A DNA stretch of 64,000 nt, from assembly GCA_011109175.1 (NCBI GenBank), contig RDEW01000005.1, forward strand, positions 1,360,657-1,424,656, in the 5' to 3' direction. Shown here piece after piece: positions 25,432-39,104 of this stretch; the stretch's first letter is position 1, and each line of letters starts with the position of its first letter. The stretch comes from Dicyema japonicum. Lineage: Eukaryota; Animalia; Dicyemida. Below the pieces are notes generated by a model, which worked only from the letters and a program-made list of their open reading frames with translations, searched no databases and had not been told where the DNA came from. A program made the position numbers and the translations under genes.

Positions 25432-25787
25432 TCATTTTAAATTTCTAATAATTTCAAAGTCAGTAAAATTAAGAGAATCGGTATTTTCTTCATCACTAAA
25501 CTGGCATCTTTCAATTTTCGAAGAAGGACTCCCATTTTTAGAAAGCCAAAATTTCCTGAAATCTCAAAAAAGAAACACATTTTTTCGACGGACTGTGATT
25601 CTCCCTGAACAACACCAATCACTGTGCTGTTCTTAGTATTTTGTACCCAACCAACCAAGTTATACTTTTTCGCTTGTTTTTGTGTGTACTTTAAAATTGA
25701 TCCTATTCATACTTTCCTGAAATAGACGCCTTGAACTTTGCCAAAAACTTCGAAAGATACAGATCTCAAAGACGCAGGAGACACCAT
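25432..25787 (-). CDS. ACYP: Acylphosphatase, 3 exons
   Basis: FEVFGKVQGVYFRK|YTQ..LVGWVQNTKNSTVIGVVQG..M|KFWLSKNGSPSSKIER. Introns 25689-25712 (24 nt) and 25556-25578 (23 nt). Confidence 0.93.
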
Positions 25788-26539
25788 TTAAATATTTTGT
25801 TGATAAAATATATTCAAAATTTTTATTATAAATTAATCATTTAAATAATTTTTGAATTTTCCAGCATTATGAATTTGTGGCAAAAGTTTATTTAATCATC
25901 ATTAGCTGCCCAGTGAGGCCATGTGCTGACTCGAGAGGGTAGCATCGGGCAAGAGAGGACTTTGAAGGAACGCATCAGGATCACGTGATTTTAGTTTGGT
26001 TTTCACTGCCAGAAAAAAGGATTAAATTTGAAATGTAGGGGTTCAAGTCTGAGAACACTTTCACATCACATCAATCCGAGAATTTTTAACATCTAGGCGA
26101 GATTATATATTAGGCAGACCTAATGAATTGATACAATCAAGCGTCATTTATGCATAAAACTTTCAGAATTACATGGCTTGGTTGAAATTTTGTAAAAAGT
26201 GATTTCTATTTTATTCACTCCGCTGTAAAGACATGTTTTATTGGTCTTAAAGATTTAACGACTAAAGTAAGAGTTTATCATTTTTATGTTCGTTCATAGT
26301 TGTTTCGTATTGAAGCGTTAAATCCAAGTATAAACTTATTAAATCTTAAATCGTCGACAAAAATATCTTGGTTTCATGTGTAGGCGAAAGAATATTTATA
26401 TACTATTTGATTTTCAAATCTACGGATATTCTTAGTTCAGGTAATATTTTAATTTTCTTAAAAGTATAATTGAATCCTTTCAGGTGGTAATAAATTGCTG
26501 TATTATTAATAGCACTTTCGAAGATCCAAAAAAGTAATT

Positions 26540-29500
26540 TATTTAATTAAGCTTGCGCCGTATTTTTCTTCAGGTTATTCTTTCTCCCACAATTCTCTTA
26601 ACTAACTTCCTCCATGCTCCACGGTTACTGGCAATTATTCTGAACGTTCCAAATCGTCTCCTGTTTTCAGCTTTCGTCTTACATTGGTCAGGTCTTTGTG
26701 TAGAACCTCTGGCAAAGTTATGCGAGGTCTTCCACGGAACGAGGTATTCACTTCTGGGCAGAAATAGTTCTCCATTGCTATTTTAGCAGGCATCATCTGG
26801 CTCATCCGAAGGATGTGACCAAATAGACGCCATCTTGATTCTAGGATATCCAGACTCAATGGTCTTGCATTACATATTTTGTGTAGATTCTTGTTTGTAA
26901 TTTTTTTGGCCAGTTGATGCCAAGCAACAGTCGGAGTTGTCTACGATGGAAAGCATCTAGTTTGTCAATTACCTCTTGTGAAACTTCCCAGGTTGCAGCG
27001 TTGTACATTAGGACCGGTTTCACGAGGGCATTGTATAGTTTTACACGTAATTGTGTGCTAATTTGTTTACGATGATTCCAGACTACTCCCATTTTTCTAA
27101 AGGCGGTGACGGCCAACATTTTCCTGTTAGTGATATCCTCAGCGTCTCCGAGCAACGACCCCAATTTTTTTACAGTGTCTCCATTTTTCATCAGTTCGGG
27201 TTAATTCACGGCGTATGGTAGTTGTCTCCGTTGTTCCGTATTAATTTTGATGAACCATTTTTCTAGCACATCTGGCATCCTTGTCCGTATATAGTTTAAT
27301 GGATATATAGTCGGTATCATCTGCATAAATCACTTCAGTTTGAGGTAAGTCGCCAATTAATAGTCTGAAGTCTCTGAGTGCTGCCTCCAGATATGTCAAA
27401 AAATACCGATGACAAGGAATCTCCCTGCGGTTGTCTCGAATGGGACAGACTCCAAATTTCCAAAACGTACACTTAGCTGCGTTGTTCCAAGTAATAGACA
27501 GATCATTCTGACACTGTCCTCGTCAACCAACTTCTCCAAGATATCCAAAAGTCTCCTTCTGTGTATAGAGTCAAAGGCTTTGGACATGTCCATGCCAAGG
27601 ATGTCAGTAGCCCCCTTGTACTTTTGATGTGTTGCACAAAGCCATCGATGTCCCCAGACCACATCAGCTGTAGATCTCCCTTACCTGAATCCGCTTTGAC
27701 GGTGAGAGAGAAAGTTCTCAATGTCAGGTCCAATCCTATTCAACACTATAAGTGATAGTGTCTTGCGTAGAGTCGTCAATAGTACGATGGGTCTTAAATT
27801 CGTTAAGGGGCCCTTAGCTTTGCTCGGTTTTTGTAGTGCAATTAGTGTGCCATTACCCACATCCAGGGGTGAGTTGTATTTGAATGTTTTGTTGTATATC
27901 TCAGTTAATAGCTCAGAGATCTCGGTCGGTGCATATTTGAGAAGTTCTGCATTTATGTTGTCAGGGCCAGCAGCTCTATTGTTGTTTAATTTGTCCAGGG
28001 CTTTTTTTGTTTCTAGAATCGTTATCGGAATATTTAGTTCTCGTGCTTCACCATCGAATTGTTTGATGTTTTCCCCGTGGTTTTGATTGAAGGCCTGCTG
28101 ATAATGGCTGGATATGGCCGATAAAATTTCATTTTTGTTTAACATAGTCGTTCCAAACTGATCATGTATTGTGATTTTTGATGACTGCGTGTTTCTATGT
28201 AGTAGGTGAACAGCATTGAACATCTGCGCTCCGTTTTTGAGTCTTTCTACTTCTTTAGCCATTCCAGCAAGTTTATTTTCCTTTATTACCCTCGTTCTTT
28301 TCTTTATTTTATACAGGGTTCGGTTCCGCATGACTCTTAGAGTGTGTTCCTTTGTCTGGTCCTGACAGGTTTCGACTTGCAAACGTAGGTTCCTCTGCAA
28401 TTTGGATAGTTCTTCAAGCTTGTGGTCATAGTGCCCGTTGAAATGCTTCGGTTTTACTCCAACTGTTGAATGGGCTGCGCACTTTATTGCATCGATGGTG
28501 TCTTGCCACAGCTCTCCAGGCATTTTTTCTTTATTACACTGTCTGATCTTTTCTCTCGATGATTTTGATAGCTTTCCTGGCTCTGTCCCACCATGCAGAG
28601 TTGCTCCACTGCGAACCTCCTTTCAGATATCCTCATACCAGCCGCTTTGGAAACCCCAAAATATCGTTTGAAAAAGAAACGTGCCACAACCAATCTGTGA
28701 TCACTATCTACTAGTGTCCCACTGTAGCTCCGAGAATCTGTTAGTAGTGCCTTGTAGGCTTGTTTGCAGAAAATGTAGTCTATTTGGTTATATATAAGCT
28801 TGATAGTCCCAGATTTATCTTTTCGGTAGCAGCTTCATGTCGTCTTATGTCTTGCTGAGTGCCTGAAAGCAGTATTGCATAGAAATAGTTTGAATGTATT
28901 GCAAAATTCGATAAGCGATTCTCCTGAATGGTTCCTGAGATTTGTCCTTTCTGTAGCAGCTCCATGTCGTTTTATGTCTTGCTGAGTGCCTGAAAGCAGT
29001 ATTGCATAAAAATAGTTTGAATGTATTGCAAAATTCTGTAAGCGATTCTCCTGATGGATTCCTGATCCCTCTTCCATGACTTCCCATAAATTCTTCGTGA
29101 CTACTCCCACGTCCTGCCTTTGCGTTCCAATCTCCGGCAATGTATATCATGAACGATGTTTCCAGAGATGCATATACTTGCGACAAGGAAGAATAGAAGT
29201 CGTCTAATTCGTCGCCGTTGATTGATACTCTGACAGAAGTTGGTGCATCATTAATAATGGAGATTATGGAATTGTTCATATCACCATATTTTAATTGTAT
29301 GACACATATTCTATCACTCACTCTCCACGTCTTGTGGATTCGATTGTTCAGTTTTTTTTGTATTGCAAATCCCATGCAGTAGTGTGGGCAATTCGAAGGT
29401 GCAGAATCAGGCGGAAATCATTGTTGATTTCATCTAGTCCATCATTTACTTTCTTTTCCTGTAAGCACGCCTACGCCACGGTTACCTTATACGATCCAAA

Positions 29501-29635
29501 ATCCACACATAAATTTCTTCTTTTGGTGTTCGACTTTAATCCTCTTACGTTGAACGAGCCAACAGTGAAAGATCCCGAAGAAAAGCACGGAAAAGTCATT
29601 TGTGCGACAGAGCCACGTCACCAGCTCAATCAAAT
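26540..29635 (-). mobile_element. Full-length but multiply frameshifted RTE LINE
   Basis: 5' motif TTGATTGAGCTGGTGAC. APE (AGDWNAKAG), RT (LRPIVLL, QSGFR, DMSKAFDS), C-terminal RWRLFGHILRM. Confidence 0.9.
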
Positions 29636-29639
29636 GTAA

Positions 29640-29900
29640 ATTGATGTACACGACATTTTTTTTCATTTTTTGAAATATTTCATTAGAAAGTCTGAAACAA
29701 GATATATCGCATTATTCATTTACTCTTTCTCTTATGAAATCAAATATTTCGTCAGTTATTTTGATGTTTTTTGCACCTCCTTTAGGTTTGTTTGAAATTT
29801 TCCATATTTTTTGAATTCTCTATGATCCGATAGACTGTTTTTAGTAGAACGTCAAGATTTTTAGAAATATTATTGAAATCCATTGTTGTAAATGTTATTG
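29640..29900 (-). mobile_element. Possible IS630/Tc1-superfamily transposase HTH fragment
   Basis: ISKNLDV..KTVYRII followed, after a frameshift, by KPKGGAKNIKITDEIFDFIRERV, which resembles the paired HTH region. No TIR or DDE motif seen. Confidence 0.4.
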
Positions 29901-32018
29901 ATAACTTTTCTATTTTCATTGGTAAGATTCTCCGACATTTGCAAAATACAGCGAAGTGGTCACGTGGCGAGTAAATGTGATCCAATTTTAGTCTAGATGT
30001 TAAAATATCTCGGATTGATGCTACGCACTTCTCACTTAGTATTGAAAACCCTGTATCAGCATGAGGAGAGAACAATACCAATCTAGGTACATCACATGTG
30101 GTAGTGTAATGGGGGTTTGCAACTAAGAAAAATGCGGTGTCTTATCATAATTACTTTAGAAAATCTAAAAATTGTTACTGACTTGTTGCTTTTTCAAAAC
30201 ATTAATAAAATTCTACTTGTTATCTTCTAATATTTTATAATATGGCAAACNCTCGGATTGATGCTACGCACTTCTCACTTAGTATTGAAAACCCTGTATC
30301 AGCATGAGGAGAGAATAATACCAATCTGAGTACATCACATGTGGTAGTGTAATGGGGGTTTGCAACTAAGAAAAATGCGGTGTCTTATCATAATTACTTT
30401 AGAAAATCTAAAAATTGTTAATGACTTGTTGCTTTTTCAAAACATTAATAAAATTCTACTTGTTATCTTCTAATATTTTATAATATGGCAAACTTTGTAT
30501 AAATTTCAGTTAACAAAGTGACGATTGAGAATCCATGCGAATTTACTACAAGACAAATATTATCACGTGCAATTGAACCACGACAACGAAAGGGATGGAG
30601 AAGGTTAACGGAAAGGATTGTCGAAAAACATGGCACAAGTGAAACCATAAAATGTTTACTGGTAACGCGGATGTGCTTTAACTAACTAATTGAATGACGA
30701 TGTGGTTCACTTCAAGGTGTCAGATGGATGTGTTTGAAACATCACTCAGAAAAAAGAACCACTTACTTTCCCTATCGACTCTCTCAAGGAAGTTCCTGAT
30801 GGTGATCGTTAGCAGGCACAAAGACCTCACGCCAATGAGATCCTCCTAACAAAATTATAATCCTACAACTGAGCATTTTCTTTTTCTTAATAATGATTCT
30901 CGGCATTCAAAGAATAAAAATACTTAAAGAAAAATTACTTTATGAAAGAACTCTGGATTTGTAAAAACTTAAAGATTCCCTTATTTAACTATGATCTACA
31001 CTCAGGGGCGTGCCTAGAGTGGGTCATAGAAACAGCNGGACGATGAGGCCTAGAAACAAGATGGCTGAGATAGGATAACTGTAAAGCATGGCGCTAAAAA
31101 CACTGAGCGAAAATGAGGTGGCTGTTGAGAGTAGTCAGGATCACTTAATAGCCGCATTTTCTTTTTCTTAATTTAATAATGATTCTCGGCATTCAAAGAA
31201 TAAAAATACTTAAAGAAAAATTACTTTATGAAAGAACTCCTCTGGATTTGTAAAAACTTAAAGATTCCCTTATTTAACTATGATCTACACTCAGGGGCGT
31301 GCCTAGAGTGGGTCATAAAAACAGCCGCTCTGGCAGCACGCTGCAAGGGGTAGTAGATCCAAGCCATAGAGTTCACTAAGCTATACTCACTTATTCTCAA
31401 TGTTTTTTTTCATAATAAACAAGATTGACTACTAGGGATCACCATGTTTTATTGACAGCGCTGAAGACTTTGGTTACTCAATTGCTAGTTGTAAACGTTA
31501 TTTTTTAAAGTTAAAAGATACAACATATTTGAGGTCATCAATGTCAGCTCCTGTCAAGTTTATCTTTGATCAGCATTGATTAGTCCTGATTTTTAAGTTA
31601 GTTATAAGGAACATCATTATCATATACTCGCCCCGGACGACAGAAAGGTTTGTCACGCTCCTGTATATACGCATTTTTTGGGAGGAATATCGGAACAAAA
31701 TGAGGTTACTGCTACGGCGTGTCGGGATCTCGTGATTAATTAGTTTGCCATGATCTTTGTACTCTTTATCCCCGTCTGTTTCGTCCTCCCCCTTTGCACT
31801 CTGGAATCACTTAGTTAGCTGAGGAAATTCTCATCTTTTTGACCAATTAGTCCCCGAAGAATAAATGATCTCCCAAATAGCTGGAATTATTTCATAAGAA
31901 AGCCCACAAATGAAGAAAACTGGTCCCTCGGCTCTGTAAGAGACACACATTACTATTATTCCTTAGAATACTGAACTCTAAAGTGAAGAACAAAACTATT
32001 CAGTACACAATTCTATCA

Positions 32019-33485
32019 CTATCTAATATACATCCTCATTTTCTTTTCCAGTTTATTCAAACAGGCAACATCATCCTTGGTTACCAAACTAGTAATTCCC
32101 CTTCCTTTCAAATTATCTCCACGAGAAACCCTTCCAGCTCGTCTCACATAAATAGTCTCATTTGGAGGAAATTCATAGTTAATCACATGTTTAACAAACG
32201 TGGTATCCACGCCCAACGAGATACAATCACTCGCTAAAAGAACGTTACATTTTCTAGAGAAAAAATATGAGAGATTATCCCGTCTCATTTTGTTAGGCAT
32301 TCCACCCCAAACCCGAACATGTTCGATGTCTTTTAGAACGTGTCCTAAATAATCCACAGTCTTCACATTAGAGCAAAACACGATCAACGGGTAGGATAAT
32401 TCAGGAGATAATAAAAGATCACGGAATTCATTAAACTTTGTTGATTTATTTACACGAATAAACTTATGTGAGACATAGGGATTTATCCGATGAGACTAAA
32501 AGTAATAAAATACGACCACATTAGCTTCCACTAGTCGAAAATGCATCGAGTCATTAGAAGAAGCAAACATATCAGCGAGTTTGAACTCCATGTTTTTGGA
32601 AAGGTGGGAGGATGAAACCAGGGTAAATCTCGTACTCTTTACAAGATTTTTGTTTATTAACGAGTCAATTATTTCAAAAGAAATAAGCCTGAATGTTTCA
32701 TCAAAGAGAGTGTCGGCTTCATCAAACACACAAAATTCAAAATTCTTTATTTGAAGGTAATCCGAACTCATAACTTCCAAAAGTAATCTGGGAGTTGCTA
32801 TGATTATATCCGCTTTTATCGAGTTGGAGACAAGACTACAGCTAAGTCCAGTCTAAAATATTCATTATTAATTGACTTGTTTAGAAAATTTAGAGACAAC
32901 TGAATATATTTGGTTGCATAACTCCATTGTAGGAGTCATAATGAGGCATCTTGGGGGTGAACGACTACTTTGCTGTAATAACGTCAATATCGGAGTCAGA
33001 TATGCTAAGGTTTTTCCACATCCTAAAATAAATTATTGTCAACCTGGTTCGCCAACAAGCATTAGGTGCTGAAAGGAGAATATGGCATCTATTGCTTTAC
33101 ATTGCAGCTTCGAGGGTTTCGTAATGTTCTCTTCTGCCAAAATTTGAGTGACGTCTCTGCTTATTTTTTGAGCTTCAAACCCACCTACTTGGTCAAATTC
33201 ATATCTTGTTTTATATCTACTGATATTTAATGGAGCAAACGGTTTTACGATGAAAGCATCTGTATTGGTTTTATTTCTAGTCCAATAATAGGAAACTAAT
33301 TCCTTGTTAGTAAATGAATGTTTTTGTCCACGTGACAGGTCAAAATTTTCATTTTTCGCAACCAATATTTTATTTTTAAGCGCCAATCGTTGTTCAAATG
33401 ATAATCCTGATGAGTATTCCCGTGCAGAACTTAGATTTGATTGAAGTATTTCAAATATTCTCGTGTACGGTCTACACAGTTTCAT
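32019..33485 (-). CDS. DDX28: Mitochondrial DEAD-box RNA helicase, DDX28-like
   Basis: N-terminal LVSYYWT..DAFIV block, GEPG|CGKT, PTMELCNQ, FDEAD, SLGVD, RRAGRVSR. Introns 33023-33043 (21 nt), 32853-32876 (24) and 32496-32519 (24). The exact 3' end is uncertain. Confidence 0.88.
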
Positions 33486-34719
33486 CTCGATAACTTTTCA
33501 AATAAATTTTAATTAAGTTTTTAATTTTTTATTATTTAAAAAAATAAGATTGAATTCTTCCATGTGTTATCTGACCAGAGGGAGATTAATCCAGGACGCC
33601 AAAACTTACTGCAAGGAAAACCTGATGTGGACACTGGGATAACTTAATTTAGACGGTCTCTTTCCTTTTGTGGTTCGGGGTTAATAAACTGACCAGGATA
33701 TTGGTTAGTGATGTCGCTTGTAATTAGCTGTGGGATCGATTTCCATATCGCTACTTACCTGGTCGAGTGACTTCTTTAAATGTTTAGCAAATATTCTTTT
33801 GTGAGTGTTTTTCTGAGGATCGGAATCGAATTCCTCTTTGCCATTCACAGACATGAGGACAGTTTTATGATGAGGTTTTGTTGTGTTAAATTCTTCACCG
33901 ATAAATTGCGAGGCGGTAGCTAAATGTGTTGATTATAGGTTTGTTTGGCTCGGGTATTGGCTTATGCATGTCTGGAATGACACTGATGTCTATATTAGTG
34001 CTATTAGTTATATTGCTTATAGATCTAATGTGACAATTATTCTAATGTTAAAATGTTGGTAAGGATAATTTGGTAGTTAACTTTATATTATTGTTCACTT
34101 AATGAAACTTCTCTAGTCTCTTCAACTAAATGAAACTCGAATTAACTCCTAGAAAATTATTTAACATTAAAATCAAAAATTCTCATCGTGTTCCTTAATA
34201 TCTGATTGACTTCCAGAATTCTTGATATAGATAAAAATGCTCCCCGTCGATATAATCGACTTTTACTAGATCGGTCTTTAACGGCGACCCTCAATCGATT
34301 TTTTAACACATCTGTCTTCTTTTGATCTATAAATAATATATTTTTCCTTCAGCTTTTTTTTATGTTTTCAATATCAACAAAAACATCACCAGAACATATT
34401 TCGTTAACACAACAAGTTTTATATCAAATTCGTTATTTTTCCATATTCGCCTGCTAGCCATCTTTTTACCTGTCCAATATAACAACGGTTTGCGTCTTTG
34501 AGCGCCTAAATTTATCCTGACTTTATTTGAGCGACATTAAAGTAACCTTAAGTAAATATCCGTAGATCTGATAATTTTTTATTATTTCTTTTTTTTAGTA
34601 GACAACATAGTAAGCCTCATGGGTGTATATCCTGACTTTTTACGTTTTTTGCAAGTTTTGTTCCCCAAGCTGCACATCCATAACTTATAGTTGAAATGAC
34701 TGTACTGTACAACGTGGAT

Positions 34720-36913
34720 AATGAGACAAGCACCTTCACGAAGTTAAGCTGACCGGTTTGAGGATCCTTTAAATTTTGAGACAAACACCTTCGCGAAGTT
34801 AAGCCTTCGAACCGAAGGCTTCCTCCAGTTTAGGATATTACGCGTTTTCATTCGCTTGACCTCTACGATATCAGTTTTCGAAATATTCATTGATAGAAAC
34901 CATTTGGCCAGGCACTCTTGTAGTATCTCCAGGAGATATCGAAGTGCTTTTTGTTACTTGAGACAAAGTCAACATGATCGGCATAAACAATTTCCATAAT
35001 ATCGTCGCTGTAATACATCCGGAGATCTCATAGAGATTAAAAAGTATACAATGAACAATACCGGAGAGAGTCTCCTCACTTTTATCACGGTTTCTTGCGA
35101 CATGTGAATTCTAAACTCCGTGTTTGATAGGAGTATCCGTATTAGGTTGAACGAGTTCTTATCCTGGAAACTTTCAAGGACTTCAATAAGTTTTTCTCGA
35201 CGGACAGTGTCGCAATGCCCCATATGGCACCATACTACGTAATCCGTTGATCTCCCAGTCCTGAAATCACTTTGGCTTTGTGCTAAGTATCCGCCCATTG
35301 ATTCTTGGATCCCATTAAACATGACCAGGACAAGGTTCTCCCGCAAGATCTTTAGAAGGATGACAAGATGCAAATTTTCAACCAGTCCAGGGGAATGGGG
35401 TTATTTCCTTTCTGGACTGGTTTTAGTACCCTTTTTCCAAGCTCTGAAAAGTCCTGTTTTCTATCAAGTCATTCAGCAATCTTGAGAGTTTTTTGCAAGT
35501 TCTAATGGGCCAAGTTTTAACAATTCTAATGATATGTTGTCTGGTCTCGGAGAGCGACCAAATTTGAGTTTCTTTATCACTCAAGAGATAGCCTCCTGTA
35601 ACATAATCTGTCGAGTTTGTTGTCTTCTAGCCTCAGATCAGATTTATCTCCTTTCACAAAGAACAGTCGTTTAAAGTGCAGTGATACGAACTCCGTCTGT
35701 TTGGCACTATTTCCTATTGTTTTTCCGTTTTTGTCGTGCAAAATAAGCTTCCCTGATTGGTTCTTACTCCGCATTAGTCGTATCGCCATAAATGTTGCAA
35801 CGTTGAAGAGTTCGATTTCTGTAATCTTGTTTTCCAACTGGTTAGTGTCATGTTGCTTGTTTAAGAGTTTGATTTTCATCCCGATTTACCTTCGTTCGGG
35901 TCTCTGGTACGTCTGGGTGACGCTGACTGCTGTGGAGTTCACTTTCCCAAGGTGTTTGTTAGCCGAGGAATGATTCTTCTCACAGCTTCGAACCATGTCT
36001 TTCCAAGTGGAAGATCCATTCATGTACTTCTGATTGATTCTCATACAAATTCTTGATATTCTTTTTGCTGTCTGATGAGTCCAAGAGTTTAGTCATACGC
36101 CTCCTTCTTGATCCCGTGGAATTCCAACCACATTGTGTTTGGATGAACCGTATCCTGTTAGATTTTATGTGCATAAACTCATAGCCATCCTCCGCAGTTA
36201 GAACAGCTCTTAGATTGAATATTGTAGACGCAGTTCTTTGGTCACTATCAACAGTCTTTTAAAATATAATCAATCTGAATATATTATTTGTCGGATTTCT
36301 GGTGTTCGAATGTAGGGAGTCTTCCAAGTTGTTTATGGCGTGCAGAATGTTGGTCATTTCATAAGTATGTTAGAGCAATGCCAAGATAGTTCCTGATCTC
36401 CCTTCCCTGTTGTTTAATAAAACGTTTTTATCCTTTTCATACCCCGACTTTATCATTTCAATTGCCCGCAATAAAGAGGAATGAAGAAGACTTCAGGCTA
36501 GATACAAACTTGGCGAGTTTTTTGTAGAAAGCGTCCAATTTTTCAGGGTCTTTGGAATCCGGCCACTAAGTGGGGCAAACACATTCACTGTGGAGATTAT
36601 CTATTCCCTCTGTCCAATCAGTAATTGAAAGACACTAATTCGATCATTAATTTTCCAAAGTAATCTTTGAGTACAGCGAAACCCAGTCCATAGTATTTGC
36701 AGTCAGATGGGAGTAGAAATAATCTGTAGTTTTTAAAGCGTTCTTCAAGTCCCTCCTTTTCTGACCCTCGTCTCTTGGAGACAGCAGACAGATACTTCTC
36801 AAGGTACAGATATAGTTGATGCCTCTTCGACGATCCATTGAGTCCCAGGAAGGTAGAGAACCAGGAAGAACCATTCAAACGCTTGAGTGGAGGAGAAAGA
36901 CCACCTCAACCAA
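34720..36913 (-). mobile_element. Degenerate RTE LINE with a duplicated 3' terminus
   Basis: 5' motif TTGGTTGAGGTGGT. APE remnant KYYGLGFAV, RT remnant QSDFRTGRST, and two CTTCG(T/C)GAAGG 3' motifs. Confidence 0.8.
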
Positions 36914-37028
36914 AATATAGTTAATATGTCACCAATAATATGTTAGCTTTAAATAGTAAAATTTTATTGACCAAAAATAATAAAAGGTGAGAAATAGGTT
37001 AAACAATCTAAAAAAACAAACAAAATAC

Positions 37029-39104
37029 TTATTTTGCTATTTTATTTCGATTATCATAATTCTGAAAATCATTCTGACTATATTCAGAGTTTCCACAACT
37101 TTGATTAAATTCACAGTTGCCATAGTCAACATTTCCCTCCTATTAGTCAAACGTCAAAATTACAAGTTGGGCATTTTGGAACAAATATAACGGGGGATAC
37201 TGGTGATACATTGTAAGCACTACTAACTTAAACAAAATACTGGAAATTTGATTGTAATAGTTAAAGTCCATATACTGGAGATACGCGTCTTTCGGGCAAA
37301 TTTCAATGCTAACTTGGCCAATATTCAAATCGTTTATTTTAAATTCCTTTTTCTTAAAACGGGAAACAATCTCTTCGCAAGCTGCTTCGCTTATTAGTTC
37401 TATCATGACTTCTTCCGATGGATATCCCTTAACTTTACTTTATAAACCACAACCGTAATGTCATAAATCCTGTGAATTCCGTTCCCAACAACATACACGT
37501 TGCAATCCTCCAGAAAATTGATTATGTCTTGAGCGTTGACGTTTGCTGGAATTTTTTTTAAAATGAGAATTTCTTTTTTACTTAATTTTGAAGCAAAGTG
37601 GTTGTGAATAGCAGTTAAGTAATTATAGATATACGGACATTCCGGAGTGACCAGAAAATTAGAGTATTTTTCGTTTGTTACGTTAAATACAGGATTGCTT
37701 ACTTGGTTAATTTCCGCCACCGTGCTTTTGAAAATTTCAATATATCGGTTCCTCATTCGTTTTAGGTTGAATTTTGTGAATATTTCGACGTCTTTTTCAT
37801 CGTCCAAATAGATAAAGGCATTTCCAGTTGGTTTCCCGTTTTCGTTATGAACGATTACTATCCGTTTGTAGTCATCATTGATCCAATCAGGCTTGAAAAA
37901 ATTTATCTAAAATAATTTGAATCAAAACAATGTCTTGTTTAGTCGCACTGAATGGAAGACCTCTCATTTTGATGACTGGCATTGGCGAATTTGTGATTAC
38001 TACCAGGTGACTAACGCAGTATACAGGATATAATATTGGATACGTCACTTTGGGAGATTGGATAGACTTCGATGTATCTTGTAAGCATATAATGCTTGTG
38101 GCGACAAAGAGCCATTTTAAAGTCACTGTAAGTTTCAAAAAAGACGTAAGCTTCCCCATTCTTACGACCTGATTTGGTCAGGCGAAGCAATATCGTTCCG
38201 CTAATTAAATCAGGTCAATTCTAACTTTATTATGTTCAACCCTGAGAAAAACTTGGCAATGTCTTGCTCCGATGATTCCCAGGGCAGGCCACGGACCTTG
38301 ACAATTTGATTTTGGACGTTGTTAATATTTTCACTTAAAATAGTCTTAAACTTAAATACTTTAAGATGTGTATATAATTTTCTCTGATAAAATTCGGATT
38401 TTTGAACACGTGACCTAATTAATGCTTAGCAACCTTAAACCGCGACGGAGTAAATGGAGGATGACTGTATTAATGTGAGAACACTGGCTTTTGGAGTAGT
38501 TGGTCCTCGATGTGATAATTGGTTTATTTATCTCTATATTTATATTTTTGACTCACTTTTCATGATTTCTTCTAGTTCTTCAACGTTCCCTGAGTTTGTA
38601 TGTAATTTGAACTCCTCCCTCAAATCGAAAAAACCATAAAAATATTTTGGAAGCGAGACCCCATTTTTGGTGGCGATTGGAACGAGGAACTGTTTTAGAT
38701 ACAAAGGCCCGTCTGTGCAACAAAATATATTATTGATGTCATTTGTATGTCTCCTAATTTTTTCATCGATCTACAAATTATGCAACATGTCAACAGTATT
38801 GATTGCCTTTCTGAAAGATACGGCGTCTTTCAAATCAACTATTTCCGAGGTTGGTGATTTTTTGCAAAGTTTGCCCCTTTCGTAGTTTTGGCAATTGTAA
38901 TCGAAGGATTTCGTTTTAATTGTATCGCCAGTCACTATCTAATTGGTTTAAATATACAAAAAATATGAGTAAATTAGGAAATACTTTTGCAGTCTTTAAA
39001 TTGATGAGAGAATACGAGATCTCGACAAGCTGCCTTTCGTCGCATCCCAACAAGTCAGGATTATGTCCGTCTGAGAGGCAAAACAGACTCACCAGGTATT
39101 TCAT
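37029..39104 (-). CDS. ESRP: Epithelial splicing regulatory protein / Fusilli ortholog (DnaQ-like N-terminal domain plus 3 qRRMs), ~11 exons
   Basis: [94 protein letters not shown]. Ten GT-AG introns of 46, 24, 23, 26, 26, 25, 25, 22, 26 and 24 nt give a continuous ORF. The last exons are less certain. Confidence 0.92.

Noticed and set aside
26030-26060. GGTTCAAGTC tRNA T-loop-like motif
   Set aside because: There is no acceptor, D or anticodon stem around it.
26100-26540. Possible plus-strand micro-intron gene
   Set aside because: GT-AG tracts exist but I could not build a stop-free model, and part of it (26070-26097) matches a repeat near 30000-30025.
27409-28086. Plus-strand ORFs opposite the RTE (and similar shadows at 24304-25252, 35617-35973, 14268-15582)
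   Set aside because: They are antisense shadows of retroelement coding sequence with no independent motifs.
30000-30490. Direct duplications flanking single N bases (also at 20380, 31037, 41037, 41744, 46571)
   Set aside because: Near-identical overlaps on either side of a 1-bp gap are the typical signature of unmerged contig ends, not biology.
33752-33762. TACTTACCTGG, matching the U1 snRNA 5' end
   Set aside because: No U1 stem-loops or Sm site follow, and it lies in decayed LINE-like sequence.
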